A stretch of 59,181 bases of DNA from Mucilaginibacter sp. (GTDB lineage Bacteria; Bacteroidota; Bacteroidia; Sphingobacteriales; Sphingobacteriaceae). Where the stretch lies: NCBI GenBank assembly GCA_039935595.1, contig JBDTJZ010000216.1. One strand, given 5' to 3'. The position numbers and the translations under genes were made by a program. The notes below the pieces were generated by a model, which was not told where the DNA came from, ran no database searches, and worked only from the letters and a program-made list of their open reading frames with translations. Shown here piece after piece: positions 38,105-47,295 of the stretch; position 1 is the stretch's first letter, and each line of letters starts with the position of its first letter.

Positions 38105-38112
38105 CACATTCT

Positions 38113-38156
38113 TGTCCTATGTAGAGGTTGCCACGCTACCGCTCGCAATGACGCGC
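38113..38156 (-). repeat. Family C repeat within a 44-bp direct repeat (right)
   Basis: tgtcctatgtagaggttgccacgctaccgctcgcaatgacgcgc. Confidence 0.9.
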
Positions 38157-38266
38157 AGAAATAGAAGCAATGACAATGTGGAGAGATGACATTGAGAAGA
38201 ACGTAAATTGATGGTGATTGGTACAGTTGTAATTAACCAAACCAATCACTTAATCAACCCAAAAAA

Positions 38267-38722
38267 CTACTTAACGGTTTTTTTAACCTTAATGGCGTTT
38301 AAGCCCTTTTGCCCCTGCTCGGTTTCAAAAGTAACTTTATCGTTTTCGCCAATTTGCTCTAGCAAGCCGTTAACGTGCACAAAAATGCTTTCCTGGCTTA
38401 GCAGGTCCTTAATAAACCCAAAACCTTTTGACTCGTTAAAGAAAGATACCACGCCATTACGCACCACCTCAACTTCAATATCTTCCTGTTTGGAGGTACT
38501 TATCTGTATGCTTTCTACAGCAACCTGCTTGCGTTTGGTTGCGTCGGGCGGTGTTGAGGTAATGTTGCCGTTCTCGTCAACATAGGCCATCATTTCTTCT
38601 AAACCTTTACCCTTATCGCCATTGGCTTTACGCTCTTCGGCTTTTTCTTTTTTGTCCAGTTGTTTTTTGAGCTTCTTTTTTTCGCGCTCTTTTTTACTAA
38701 ATGTTTCTGTGGATCTACCCAT
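38267..38722 (-). CDS. Cold-shock domain protein with a charged N-terminal extension
   Basis: MGRSTETFSKKERE start; GVVSFFNESKGFGFI and IFVH motifs; ATG at 38722 preferred. Confidence 0.88.
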   Translation of the reverse strand: MGRSTETFSKKEREKKKLKKQLDKKEKAEERKANGDKGKGLEEMMAYVDENGNITSTPPDATKRKQVAVESIQISTSKQEDIEVEVVRNGVVSFFNESKGFGFIKDLLSQESIFVHVNGLLEQIGENDKVTFETEQGQKGLNAIKVKKTVK

Positions 38723-38819
38723 TATATTAATTAAGTGTAACATTAAACTTCGTTCACCCGAAGTTGCGGTTTTTATCAATTAGCTAAGGCTATTTGCCCT
38801 GGTCTTAAAAATTACGTAC

Positions 38820-38853
38820 AAAAAAAGCATCTCCCATAAAGGAAGATGCTTTT
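38820..38853. terminator. Intrinsic terminator after the cold-shock gene
   Basis: aaaagcatct-cccataaagga-agatgctttt. Confidence 0.75.
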
Positions 38854-38870
38854 AAATGATTTATAGTGTG

Positions 38871-39062
38871 TTAAGCTACTTTTACATTTACTGCGTTAGG
38901 TCCTTTACGGCCTTGCTCAACTTCAAAACTAACAGAATCGTTTTCGCGAATGTTGTCAATTAAGCCTGTTGAATGTACAAAGATTTCGCTTCCACCATTA
39001 GCAGGTGTGATAAATCCGAAACCTTTTGTTTCATTAAAAAATTTTACTGTTCCTTCTTGCAT
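38871..39062 (-). CDS. CspA-family cold-shock protein
   Basis: MQEGTVKFFNETKGFGFI, IFVHS and GRKGPNAVNV. Confidence 0.95.
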   Translation of the reverse strand: MQEGTVKFFNETKGFGFITPANGGSEIFVHSTGLIDNIRENDSVSFEVEQGRKGPNAVNVKVA

Positions 39063-39178
39063 TATATTGTTATTAAATAAATTATATACAAAGGTACGCA
39101 TAAATAACGGTTATTTTACTTTTGGTGTAATTATTTAATTGTGTTTAAGGGTGTGGGGAATAAATTTAAAAAGAGCGC

Positions 39179-39253
39179 TGTCATGGTGAGCCGCGTCGAA
39201 CCATAGCGGGTAAGGGCCATTACGCACATCCTTCGACGAAGCTCAGGATGACA
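39179..39253. repeat. Family B YGTCAT-tagged doublet, copy 1
   Basis: tgtcatggtgagccgcgtcgaaccat...atccttcgacgaagctcaggatgaca. Confidence 0.92.
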
Positions 39254-39276
39254 GCCCACTGTTTGTTTAAGAGGGT

Positions 39277-39351
39277 TGTCATGGTGAGCCGCGTCGAACC
39301 ATGGCGGGTAAAGGCCATTACGCACATCATTCGACGAAGCTCAGGATGACA
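39277..39351. repeat. Family B YGTCAT-tagged doublet, copy 2
   Basis: Near-identical direct repeat of copy 1. Confidence 0.92.
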
Positions 39352-39358
39352 CCCTGTT

Positions 39359-39643
39359 TTATTTCTTTTTTGATAATTGTGGCAAATGATGCCAATTACC
39401 ATTTATGATCGCTTCCTTTTTTGCTCTTCTCCATCCTTTAACTTGTTTTTCAAAAGCTATGGCCTGGTTAACATCTGAAAACAATTCATTAAAAACTAAC
39501 TTTAAAGGTCGGCGTTTATAAGTATAACATCCTACATTAAACCCGGTTTCATGTTCAAAAAGTCGCCTATCCAAATCATTAGTTATTCCGGTGTAATATG
39601 ACCCATCATTACATAGCAAAATATAGACGTGATATAGTTTCAT
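39359..39643 (-). CDS. Stand-alone GIY-YIG nuclease (UPF0213/YhbQ-like)
   Basis: HVYIL...YYTGITNDLDRRLFEH, RRPLKLVF and EKQVKGWRRAKK motifs. Confidence 0.92.
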   Translation of the reverse strand: MKLYHVYILLCNDGSYYTGITNDLDRRLFEHETGFNVGCYTYKRRPLKLVFNELFSDVNQAIAFEKQVKGWRRAKKEAIINGNWHHLPQLSKKK

Positions 39644-39668
39644 TTTATACCAAGATACAAAAAAGCGC

Positions 39669-39742
39669 TGTCATGGTGAGCCCGTCGAACCACAGCGGGC
39701 AAGGGCCATTACGCGCATCCTTCGACGAAGCTCAGGATGACA
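39669..39742. repeat. Family B YGTCAT-tagged doublet, copy 3
   Basis: Direct repeat on the other side of the GIY-YIG gene. Confidence 0.92.
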
Positions 39743-39756
39743 GCCCGCTATTTAAC

Positions 39757-39786
39757 AAAAAACCCCTTCCGTTTAACCGAAAGGGG
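39757..39786 (-). terminator. Terminator of rnpB
   Basis: Minus strand cccctttcggttaaacggaaggggtttttt. Confidence 0.8.
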
Positions 39787-39792
39787 TATACA

Positions 39793-40172
39793 GCAGCAAA
39801 CCTGTAAGCCGGGTTCTGTACCGTCCCGATAGCTATCGGGACGGCTTCTATCATTAATCTGGTATTGCCGTTGCCGGCAATCTTAAACAACCTACCCATC
39901 CTAACGATCCGCTTGCGCAGATACGGGAGCGAGCAGCTCCGCTTTCAGGACCTATTTGGTTTTTCAACTCCTGAGGTTTACCGCAATTACGGTTACCCGT
40001 AAAGGCCGTGAGCTCTTACCTCACGTTTTCACCCTTACCCCGGGGGGCGGTTTATTTTCTGTGGCACTTGCTGTCGCCGGCTGTCGGCGCCTTCCCGTTA
40101 GGAAGCAGGATGCTCTATGTTGCCCGGACTTTCCTCCGTCCACTTGAGATGAACAGCGATAGAACGTTTTGC
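39793..40172 (-). ncRNA. rnpB: RNase P RNA (class A)
   Basis: Minus strand has gaggaaagtccgggc near the 5' end and acagaacccggcttac near the 3' end; tacctttg promoter at 40178-40185; terminator downstream. Confidence 0.96.
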
Positions 40173-40237
40173 AATTACAAAGGTAACTAAGATTTATAAG
40201 ATAAAAGGATTATAAGATGAACACGGGTAAATCAGGG

Positions 40238-40320
40238 TGTCATCTCGAGCATAGCGAGAGAAATCTATACATATGCTACGCCGGGTTATGTATAGATTTC
40301 TCTCTCCGTTCGAAATGACA
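40238..40320. repeat. Family A YGTCAT-tagged doublet (empty copy)
   Basis: tgtcatctcga...gagaaatctatacata [loop] tatgtatagatttctc...ttcgaaatgaca. Confidence 0.9.
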
Positions 40321-40326
40321 GAGGGA

Positions 40327-40740
40327 TTATTTACAGTTTTTCAAATCACCCTCCGCCATGGCGGTAGTAACCACCCCCATTTTATTCCCGAACGAGTTAT
40401 TTACATAGGTTAGCACCTCGGCAATCTCTACCGGGGCGAGGTCGGTAAGGGGCATTTTATTGTAAAACGCTTTTTTATTGATGGTAATGGGCGCATTCAT
40501 GCCGTATTTTACCATACAGGCCAGTTGCTGTTTATTGGCTTTAAGATAAACCGAGTCGGTAAGCGGTGGTATCAGGGCGGATAGTCCCTCGCCCTTGTCG
40601 CCATGGCAGTTTTGGCAACGGCTTTGGTAAACTACCTTGCCGCTGGAATAATAACGGCTAAACTCCAGCGCGTCCTCGCTTTGGCAGGCAACCAGCACCG
40701 CCAGCAATAAGCCAATTATGCAAATGGCGCGTATTTTCAC
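40327..40740 (-). CDS. Cytochrome c lipoprotein
   Basis: CQNCHG haem motif, distal MP, YVNNSFGN. Confidence 0.9.
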   Translation of the reverse strand: MKIRAICIIGLLLAVLVACQSEDALEFSRYYSSGKVVYQSRCQNCHGDKGEGLSALIPPLTDSVYLKANKQQLACMVKYGMNAPITINKKAFYNKMPLTDLAPVEIAEVLTYVNNSFGNKMGVVTTAMAEGDLKNCK

Positions 40741-41387
40741 TTGGTGGGGTTTTGGTCGGCTTCGGTACGCAGGGTTTTAATATCGGCTATTAAATTTTCA
40801 ACTTCCTGGGGCTTGGTGCCGTCGTACGTTCCGCGTATGCGCTGCTGTTTATCTACCAAAATAAAATAACCATCGTGTATAAACATTTGCTTGGCATCCT
40901 CCTGCGGTTTGGTAACCAGATAGCTTTCAGATAGTTTATAAGTATCCTCTTTCTTACCCTGCAAAAAATACCAGGTGTTACCGGTGATGTCCAGCTTAGT
41001 GGCGTAATTTTTTAATACATTAACGCTATCGTGCTTAGGGTCAATGCTGTAGGATATAATTTTAACATCAGTAGCATCCTTAAATTGTTTATATACACTA
41101 AGCATATTGCGGTGCATAACCGGGCAGATAGACGGGCACGAGGTAAAGAAAAAATCGGCCACGTAAATATCGCCATTAAGGCTTTTGTTGGTTATGCTGT
41201 CGCCATACTGGTTTATAAATTTAAATGCCGGTATGGTATGGTAAATGGTATCTACAACGGTTTGGCCATTTACGTTTTTAGCAGCCACTTCGCGTTCGCC
41301 ATAAATGGGTAATGTTTTTTTGCTGCCTGTTAAATTACACGCGCTGTATAAAAGCAATATAGCGGCCGCACCCAATAACTTTTTCAT
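40737..41387 (-). CDS. SCO/SenC copper chaperone
   Basis: FFFTSCPSICP, SIDPKHD and IHDGYFILVD motifs. Confidence 0.93.
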   Translation of the reverse strand: MKKLLGAAAILLLYSACNLTGSKKTLPIYGEREVAAKNVNGQTVVDTIYHTIPAFKFINQYGDSITNKSLNGDIYVADFFFTSCPSICPVMHRNMLSVYKQFKDATDVKIISYSIDPKHDSVNVLKNYATKLDITGNTWYFLQGKKEDTYKLSESYLVTKPQEDAKQMFIHDGYFILVDKQQRIRGTYDGTKPQEVENLIADIKTLRTEADQNPTK

Positions 41388-41388
41388 A

Positions 41389-41796
41389 TTACTTTTTTAA
41401 CTGGTTAAGGTATTCTGTAGATTTTTGAATAGCTACGTTTATTTGCGAATCAATAACGGTTACCTGTCTTTTTTGGCCGGTAAGATAAGCCACCTTTTCA
41501 TCGTGCGATTTATCCTTTTGTTCGGGGTCAAACCGCTGCATCCAGTTCTCCATCGCCTGTTCAGACACTATCAAACCCGCATTAAGTTTAATCAGCTGAT
41601 TTTTTTGAGCCGTATCCTTAACCGTAGTAAGCAAGGTATCTATCTTCATTTTGTTCTTCATCAGCTGCTCGTCCTTGCCCATTACTTTATCGTGTGCTTT
41701 AATAACATCATCAAGCAGGGCTTTTTCCTGATCGCTGCTACTGTTACAGGCAGCAAGGGCCAATGCGGCAGCGGCTATAATAAATAACTTTTTCAT
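41389..41796 (-). CDS. Hypothetical lipoprotein in the SCO operon
   Basis: MKKLF...LAAC lipobox; HDKVM and MENWM possible metal ligands; ATG at 41796. Confidence 0.75.
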   Translation of the reverse strand: MKKLFIIAAAALALAACNSSSDQEKALLDDVIKAHDKVMGKDEQLMKNKMKIDTLLTTVKDTAQKNQLIKLNAGLIVSEQAMENWMQRFDPEQKDKSHDEKVAYLTGQKRQVTVIDSQINVAIQKSTEYLNQLKK

Positions 41797-41851
41797 GTTT
41801 GGTGTTGTAGGCTTCAAAATTAACAATTAATGCGGCAGCATCGGTTAGTTT

Positions 41852-42304
41852 TTATTGTCTTAAATAAAAAATAAAATCAGTATTGGGCAGGTTTTCATTC
41901 CCCGCCTGTTTTAAAAGCTGACCTATTTGAGCGCGGTGATGCGTGCCATGGTTAATAACATGGGTTAATATATCAGCCAGTTTGTTTTTAAATTCAACGC
42001 CCTGCGAGTTTTTGTAGATTATTTCTTTGTCGAAATCCGCCTCATCTAACCCTCCCAGGTAGTTTAGCCATTGCTGATGGTTATCATTTATCGCCTGGTC
42101 AAATGTTTCAACCGCAGCTTCGGGCCAGACGGTATAATCAGTACCGCTTGTTCCATTACATCTGCTAAGCCATACCTGCTGAGCGGCCAGCAAATGCGCC
42201 ATTAACTGCACCGGCTTGTTTAACGGGGTTGCCTTAACAATGGTTGAAATTAGTTGGTTGGCATAGATATCGTAATTAAAAAGTTGCGTAAAATAGGCTT
42301 TCAT
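41852..42304 (-). CDS. DinB/YfiT-like metal-dependent protein (not a polymerase)
   Basis: MAHLLAAQQVW and THVINHGTHHRAQ motifs. Confidence 0.88.
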   Translation of the reverse strand: MKAYFTQLFNYDIYANQLISTIVKATPLNKPVQLMAHLLAAQQVWLSRCNGTSGTDYTVWPEAAVETFDQAINDNHQQWLNYLGGLDEADFDKEIIYKNSQGVEFKNKLADILTHVINHGTHHRAQIGQLLKQAGNENLPNTDFIFYLRQ

Positions 42305-42348
42305 TTTTTACAGGATTAAATCCTGTAAAAATAAGTGTATTCTACATA

Positions 42349-42837
42349 TTATTGCCCCAATAATTTCTTCTTCTGACTATCATACTCTGCCTGTGTAATG
42401 GCTTTGGAGTCGAGCAATGCTTTTAGTTTTTTGATCTCATCGGCAACAGAGTTTACCGGTGCTGCACCAGTTTCTGGTGTGCATGGTTTAACCTCGCAGG
42501 CGGCAATGGCGTCGTCGATAAATACGGTATATCGCATGGGGCCGCCCGGGTTTACGCTAAAAATATATTTATCAACACCGTTAATGCGCATGGTTCTTAT
42601 ATTTTTGATAACGGCGCCAACATTGGCAAACTCCTTGGGTAGGTTACGTACGCTACGCGGGTTAGGTATCAGGCCATGATCTTCTAAATACAAAAACGAC
42701 CCATCTGATTTTGACCCACGACCCAGCTTTACGGTATCGCCAACGTGATAGGTAACACCATTTGAAGCTTTGTACTGGGTTTGTGCCTGCGTTATGAAGG
42801 GAAACAGCAGTGAAAATATAAATAATACCTTTTTCAT
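42349..42837 (-). CDS. Secreted SHOCT-domain protein
   Basis: Signal peptide; C-terminal ADEIKKLKALLDSKAITQAEYDSQKKKLL. Confidence 0.85.
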   Translation of the reverse strand: MKKVLFIFSLLFPFITQAQTQYKASNGVTYHVGDTVKLGRGSKSDGSFLYLEDHGLIPNPRSVRNLPKEFANVGAVIKNIRTMRINGVDKYIFSVNPGGPMRYTVFIDDAIAACEVKPCTPETGAAPVNSVADEIKKLKALLDSKAITQAEYDSQKKKLLGQ

Positions 42838-42984
42838 AGTTATTTAATTTGATCCTGGTAAAAAATTCAAATATACATAACAGCTTTGCCTGTAGTAAAG
42901 TTTTTAGACATAGCTTTATAAACACCTTTAAACCCTTAAAATCACACTTAAAAATATCGCCTAAAAAACCTATTTTTGCGGCGA

Positions 42985-44772
42985 ATGAAGCACATACGCA
43001 ATTTTTGTATTATAGCACATATTGACCACGGCAAAAGTACCCTTGCCGATAGGTTGTTAGAATATACCAATACCATTACCCAGCGCGAAAGCCAGGCCCA
43101 ATTGCTGGACGATATGGACCTTGAGCGCGAACGCGGCATCACCATAAAAAGCCATGCCATACAAATGGATTATGAGCTGGATGGCCAGAAATATGTATTG
43201 AACCTGATTGATACCCCCGGCCACGTGGATTTCTCGTACGAAGTTTCGCGGTCTATTGCTGCCTGCGAGGGCGCTTTGCTGATTGTGGATGCGGCGCAGG
43301 GCATACAGGCACAAACTATATCAAACCTTTATCTGGCTTTGGAGAATAACCTGGAGATCATCCCGGTACTGAACAAAATGGACCTGCCCGGCGCTATGCC
43401 CGAGGAAGTAAAGGACCAGATTGTAGAATTAATAGGCTGCAAACGCGAAGAGATTTTAGCCGCATCGGGTAAAACCGGTATGGGCGTGCATGATATATTA
43501 CGCGCTATTGTTGACCGTGTACCCGCCCCTGTTGGCGACCCCGAAGCACCTTTACAGGCGTTGATATTCGACTCGGTTTACAACTCGTTTCGCGGTATTG
43601 TGGCTTACTTTAAAGTGGTTAACGGCGAGATACGTAAAGGCGATAAAGTAAAATTCTTCGCTACCGAAAAGCAGTATATAGCAGAGGAAGTGGGCACGCT
43701 TAAATTAAAGCAGTTGCCTAAAGACGTTATAAAAACGGGTGATGTAGGTTATATCATTTCCGGCATTAAAGAATCGCGCGAGGTGAAGGTTGGCGATACC
43801 ATTACCACCATTACCCGTCCCTGCGAAACCGGCATACAAGGTTTTGAAGAGGTTAAGCCGATGGTTTTTGCGGGTATTTACCCTGTAGATACTGAGGATT
43901 ACGAAGAGTTGCGTGAATCAATGGCGAAGCTACAGCTTAATGATGCCTCGCTGGTTTTTGAGCCGGAATCATCCGCGGCTTTAGGCTTTGGTTTCCGTTG
44001 CGGTTTCCTGGGGATGCTGCACATGGAAATTATCCAGGAGCGCTTGGAGCGCGAATTTAACATGACGGTGATTACCACCGTACCCAACGTGTCATACCTG
44101 GCCTATTCAACCAAAGGGGTCGAGATAGTGGTAAATAACCCATCAGACCTGCCCGACCCCAGTAAAATTGACCGGGTTGAGGAACCATACATTAAAGCTA
44201 CGATCATTACCAAATCCGAATTTGTGGGGCCGGTAATGTCGCTTTGTATACAAAAACGGGGGTTTATAAAAAATCAATCGTATTTAACATCCGACCGTGT
44301 GGAGCTGGTATTCGAGATGCCGATGGGCGAGATCGTTTTTGATTTTTATGATAAGCTGAAAACTATTTCAAAAGGCTATGCCTCGTTTGATTACCACCAG
44401 ATAGGCTACCGCCCGAGTGATTTGGTACGTTTGGATATTAAATTAAACTCGGAGCCTGTTGATGCTTTATCATCATTGATATTCCGCGGTAACTCGTACG
44501 ACTTTGGTAAAAAGATATGCGAGAAGCTGAAAGAGCTTTTACCGCGCCAGCAGTTTGAAATTATTATACAAGCATCCATAGGTGCTAAAATTATAGCCCG
44601 CGAAACGGTGAAAGCCATGCGTAAGGATGTTACCGCCAAATGTTATGGTGGTGATATATCGCGTAAGCGTAAACTATTGGAGAAACAAAAAGCCGGTAAA
44701 AAACGGATGCGCCAGGTAGGTAACGTAGAGATACCTCAAAGCGCGTTTATGGCGGTTTTGAAATTAGACTAA
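42985..44772 (+). CDS. lepA: Translation elongation factor 4
   Basis: [28 protein letters not shown] and [10 protein letters not shown] motifs; ATG at 42985 after tatttttg. Confidence 0.98.
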   Translation: MKHIRNFCIIAHIDHGKSTLADRLLEYTNTITQRESQAQLLDDMDLERERGITIKSHAIQMDYELDGQKYVLNLIDTPGHVDFSYEVSRSIAACEGALLIVDAAQGIQAQTISNLYLALENNLEIIPVLNKMDLPGAMPEEVKDQIVELIGCKREEILAASGKTGMGVHDILRAIVDRVPAPVGDPEAPLQALIFDSVYNSFRGIVAYFKVVNGEIRKGDKVKFFATEKQYIAEEVGTLKLKQLPKDVIKTGDVGYIISGIKESREVKVGDTITTITRPCETGIQGFEEVKPMVFAGIYPVDTEDYEELRESMAKLQLNDASLVFEPESSAALGFGFRCGFLGMLHMEIIQERLEREFNMTVITTVPNVSYLAYSTKGVEIVVNNPSDLPDPSKIDRVEEPYIKATIITKSEFVGPVMSLCIQKRGFIKNQSYLTSDRVELVFEMPMGEIVFDFYDKLKTISKGYASFDYHQIGYRPSDLVRLDIKLNSEPVDALSSLIFRGNSYDFGKKICEKLKELLPRQQFEIIIQASIGAKIIARETVKAMRKDVTAKCYGGDISRKRKLLEKQKAGKKRMRQVGNVEIPQSAFMAVLKLD

Positions 44773-44784
44773 TATTAGACCCAA

Positions 44785-44848
44785 GAGTCAAGAATCAAGA
44801 GTTAAGACAAAGCTTATCTTGATTCTTGACTCTTAATTCTTGAATCTA
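44785..44848. repeat. Inverted short-period (7-nt) tandem repeat, tcaagag/tcttga type
   Basis: gagtcaagaatcaagagttaagac versus tcttgattcttgactcttaattcttgaatct. Confidence 0.75.
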
Positions 44849-44850
44849 TA

Positions 44851-45732
44851 ATGCAATTACTCGACGGAAAATACGTATCAGAAAAACTTAAAGGAGAAAT
44901 AGCCGAGCAGGCTGCTTCTTATTTGGCAAAAACAGGCCGCAAACCACATTTGGTAGCCGTATTGGTGGGCCACGATGGCGGCAGCGAAACTTATGTAGCC
45001 AGCAAGATAAAAAACTGCGAAAAGGTAGGTTTTCAGTCTACTTTGGTGAGGTATGAGGATACGGTTAGTGAAGCTGAATTGCTTAAAAAAGTAGAGGAAT
45101 TAAACGCCGACGCGGATATCGACGGCATCATCGTACAACTACCCCTACCTAAACACATCGATCCTGAAAAAGTAACCGAGCGTATTGATTACCGCAAGGA
45201 TGTAGATGGCTTTCACCCGGTTAATTTGGGCAGGATGCAGCGTAACCTACCCTCATTTATCCCCGCTACGCCTTATGGCATTACCTTAATGCTTAAAGAA
45301 TACGGTATTGATACCGCAGGCAAACATTGCGTGGTGGTGGGTCGGAGTAATATTGTAGGCTCGCCCATGAGTATTTTAATGGCGAGGAATACACAGCCGG
45401 GCAATTGCACCGTTACCATTTGCCATAGCCGCACCCCTGATATTAAAAAATTTACGCTGGATGCCGATATCCTGATCGTAGCCATCGGCAAAAAGAATTT
45501 TATTACTGCTGACATGGTTAAAGATGGCGTTGTTGTAATTGACGTAGGCATGAACCGCGAAACATCAACCACCACCAAATCGGGCTTTAAGCTTTATGGC
45601 GATGTTGACTTTGATAACGTGGCCCCAAAAGCTTCATGGATAACACCTGTACCCGGTGGGGTGGGGTTAATGACCATCATAGGGTTGTTAAAGAATACGT
45701 TAGCTTCGGCTAAGAAGGAAGTTTATTTATAG
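44851..45732 (+). CDS. folD: Methylenetetrahydrofolate dehydrogenase/cyclohydrolase
   Basis: VQLPLP, KDVDGFH, GRSNIVG and TPVPGGVG motifs. Confidence 0.97.
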   Translation: MQLLDGKYVSEKLKGEIAEQAASYLAKTGRKPHLVAVLVGHDGGSETYVASKIKNCEKVGFQSTLVRYEDTVSEAELLKKVEELNADADIDGIIVQLPLPKHIDPEKVTERIDYRKDVDGFHPVNLGRMQRNLPSFIPATPYGITLMLKEYGIDTAGKHCVVVGRSNIVGSPMSILMARNTQPGNCTVTICHSRTPDIKKFTLDADILIVAIGKKNFITADMVKDGVVVIDVGMNRETSTTTKSGFKLYGDVDFDNVAPKASWITPVPGGVGLMTIIGLLKNTLASAKKEVYL

Positions 45733-45739
45733 CAACCAA

Positions 45740-46156
45740 TGTCATTTCGACCAACGGGAGAAATCTATACATTGACAGGCTATACCGTATGTGGAACTAT
45801 AACTTTTATATTTACATTACTACCAATCCTACAAAAACGGTCCTGTATGTTGGCGTAACCAATGATTTAAGCAGACGCATACAAGAACATACCGAAAACA
45901 AAGGCAACAAAAATTCATTTGCCGGAAAATATTATTGCCATAACCTGATTTATTATGAGCATTTTAATGATATTAACTATGCTATAGAACGCGAAAAAGA
46001 AATCAAGAAGTGGAGCAGAAAAAAGAAGAACTTATTAATAGAATCCTTTAATCCTGATTGGAGGTTTTTAAATAACGAGATCAATCAGGAATAACATTGC
46101 ATAGCCAATGGTCTACTTAGTGAGTGTATAGATCTCTCACTTTGTTCGAGATGACA
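45740..46156 (+). mobile_element. Family A element carrying a GIY-YIG gene between its arms (candidate autonomous element)
   Basis: Left arm 45740-45771 and right arm 46125-46156 match the arms of the empty copies at 12824, 40238 and 56803; mobility is inferred. Confidence 0.7.
45789..46094 (+). CDS. Stand-alone GIY-YIG nuclease
   Basis: YIYITTN...LYVGVTNDLSRRIQEH, LIYYE, AIEREKEIKKWSRKKK and NPDW motifs. Confidence 0.93.
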   Translation: MWNYNFYIYITTNPTKTVLYVGVTNDLSRRIQEHTENKGNKNSFAGKYYCHNLIYYEHFNDINYAIEREKEIKKWSRKKKNLLIESFNPDWRFLNNEINQE

Positions 46157-46165
46157 GAGAGGGGC

Positions 46166-46504
46166 TCACCCAAACATCTCCCTCCACTTATCCCCAAACG
46201 ACGCTATCCCAACATAAACCCCATCCTCCCTTATTTCCACCGGGTAGGTATCTACATAATCATGCTGGCCCGGGTCGCCTTTGCCGGTTTGCAGGTTATA
46301 GCTATAGCGGTGAAACGGACAAATGATCTTGCCCTCCCTGCACCAGCCGCCACTTAGTTCGGCACCGGCATGGGGGCAGGTTGCCGATAGGGCATAAATA
46401 CGCCCCTCATACCCTACCAGGCAAACGCTTTTGCCGCCTGCTTTAACTTTTTTAATAAATGGTTTGTTATGATCTGTAAGCTCGCCTACCTTGTACCAAT
46501 TCAT
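46166..46504 (-). CDS. Rieske (2Fe-2S) ferredoxin
   Basis: CPHAG...CPFH. Confidence 0.9.
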   Translation of the reverse strand: MNWYKVGELTDHNKPFIKKVKAGGKSVCLVGYEGRIYALSATCPHAGAELSGGWCREGKIICPFHRYSYNLQTGKGDPGQHDYVDTYPVEIREDGVYVGIASFGDKWREMFG

Positions 46505-46510
46505 TATATA

Positions 46511-47275
46511 TTAAAAATCGATCTTGAGGTTCATCACCGAAGGGTCCTTTATCACCTCGTTCATATCGGTTATCAGGGTAACGGTGCGCCTGTCGGCAGA
46601 TACGATGGCTTTGGGATTGGTTACTTTTTTTACGGGTTTGGCAAAATTAAGCACCAGTTTATAGGGCATATCAATCAGCATAGCCTTGGCCATGGCAAAG
46701 GTTGATGATGTTTTTTTCAGAAAAGCGTTAAACTTAGCTTTATCAATAATGCGGTAAAATTTATGCGGGGTAACGTCGTAATCATAATAATCCTGCCCGG
46801 CAACCAGTTGCTGCGCGTCAAAACCCTTAATATTTTTGCCGGTTTTAGCCACATTATTTACCTGGTCGCCCAATGATATTTTAGAGATATGGTCCAGGTA
46901 ATACTCCAGTTCGTTGCTGTTTTTAGCCAGGTGACTAATGTTTACCTTCATGATGTTTTTACTCAGGTCCATCTTAACATTCAGGTCGCTGCCTTTGGCC
47001 ATTTGATATTCCTCGGTACTCATTTTTAGCTGGGTAGTATCGGGCAGGGCGCTGTAAAAGTTAAGCGTGGTGTCCTTTTTCATACTGAATTGCGGGGTTT
47101 CGCGCACGGAGTCGGTCATTAAATTCATCAGCACCGATACCGCCTTACTCATGTCAAAACCGTACACCACCTTAACCGATCCATCCGCTTTAAAATCATA
47201 ATGCTCCTCAATATCCACACATGACGTGAAGCAAAGCATTATAAAAAGCAGGAAAAGTAGATATGGCCTTTTCAT
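46511..47275 (-). CDS. Hypothetical lipoprotein
   Basis: FTSC lipobox followed by VDIEEHYDFKADGS. Confidence 0.75.
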   Translation of the reverse strand: MKRPYLLFLLFIMLCFTSCVDIEEHYDFKADGSVKVVYGFDMSKAVSVLMNLMTDSVRETPQFSMKKDTTLNFYSALPDTTQLKMSTEEYQMAKGSDLNVKMDLSKNIMKVNISHLAKNSNELEYYLDHISKISLGDQVNNVAKTGKNIKGFDAQQLVAGQDYYDYDVTPHKFYRIIDKAKFNAFLKKTSSTFAMAKAMLIDMPYKLVLNFAKPVKKVTNPKAIVSADRRTVTLITDMNEVIKDPSVMNLKIDF

Positions 47276-47295
47276 AGAGTAAAGCTAACTAATAA

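Noticed and set aside
33600-38260. Prophage or ICE around hamAB
   Set aside because: No integrase, tRNA target, conjugation or phage genes; only a two-gene cassette
39179-39742. CRISPR array
   Set aside because: Units are ~75-bp palindromic doublets with near-identical interiors, there are no regular unique spacers, and no cas genes are present
39131-40190. Short ORFs at 39131, 39220, 39598, 39956 and 40008
   Set aside because: They are translations of family B repeats or are antisense to rnpB
41852-42304. Third DinB polymerase
   Set aside because: It is a 150-aa His-triad DinB/YfiT-fold protein unrelated to Pol IV, with no SOS-type operator visible
42305-42331. Palindrome tttttacaggat-taa-atcctgtaaaaa as an operator
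   Set aside because: Single occurrence, equally explained as a terminator after the SHOCT gene
44769-44779. ctaatattag after lepA as an SOS box
   Set aside because: The spacer is 2 nt rather than 5, and it lies at a stop codon
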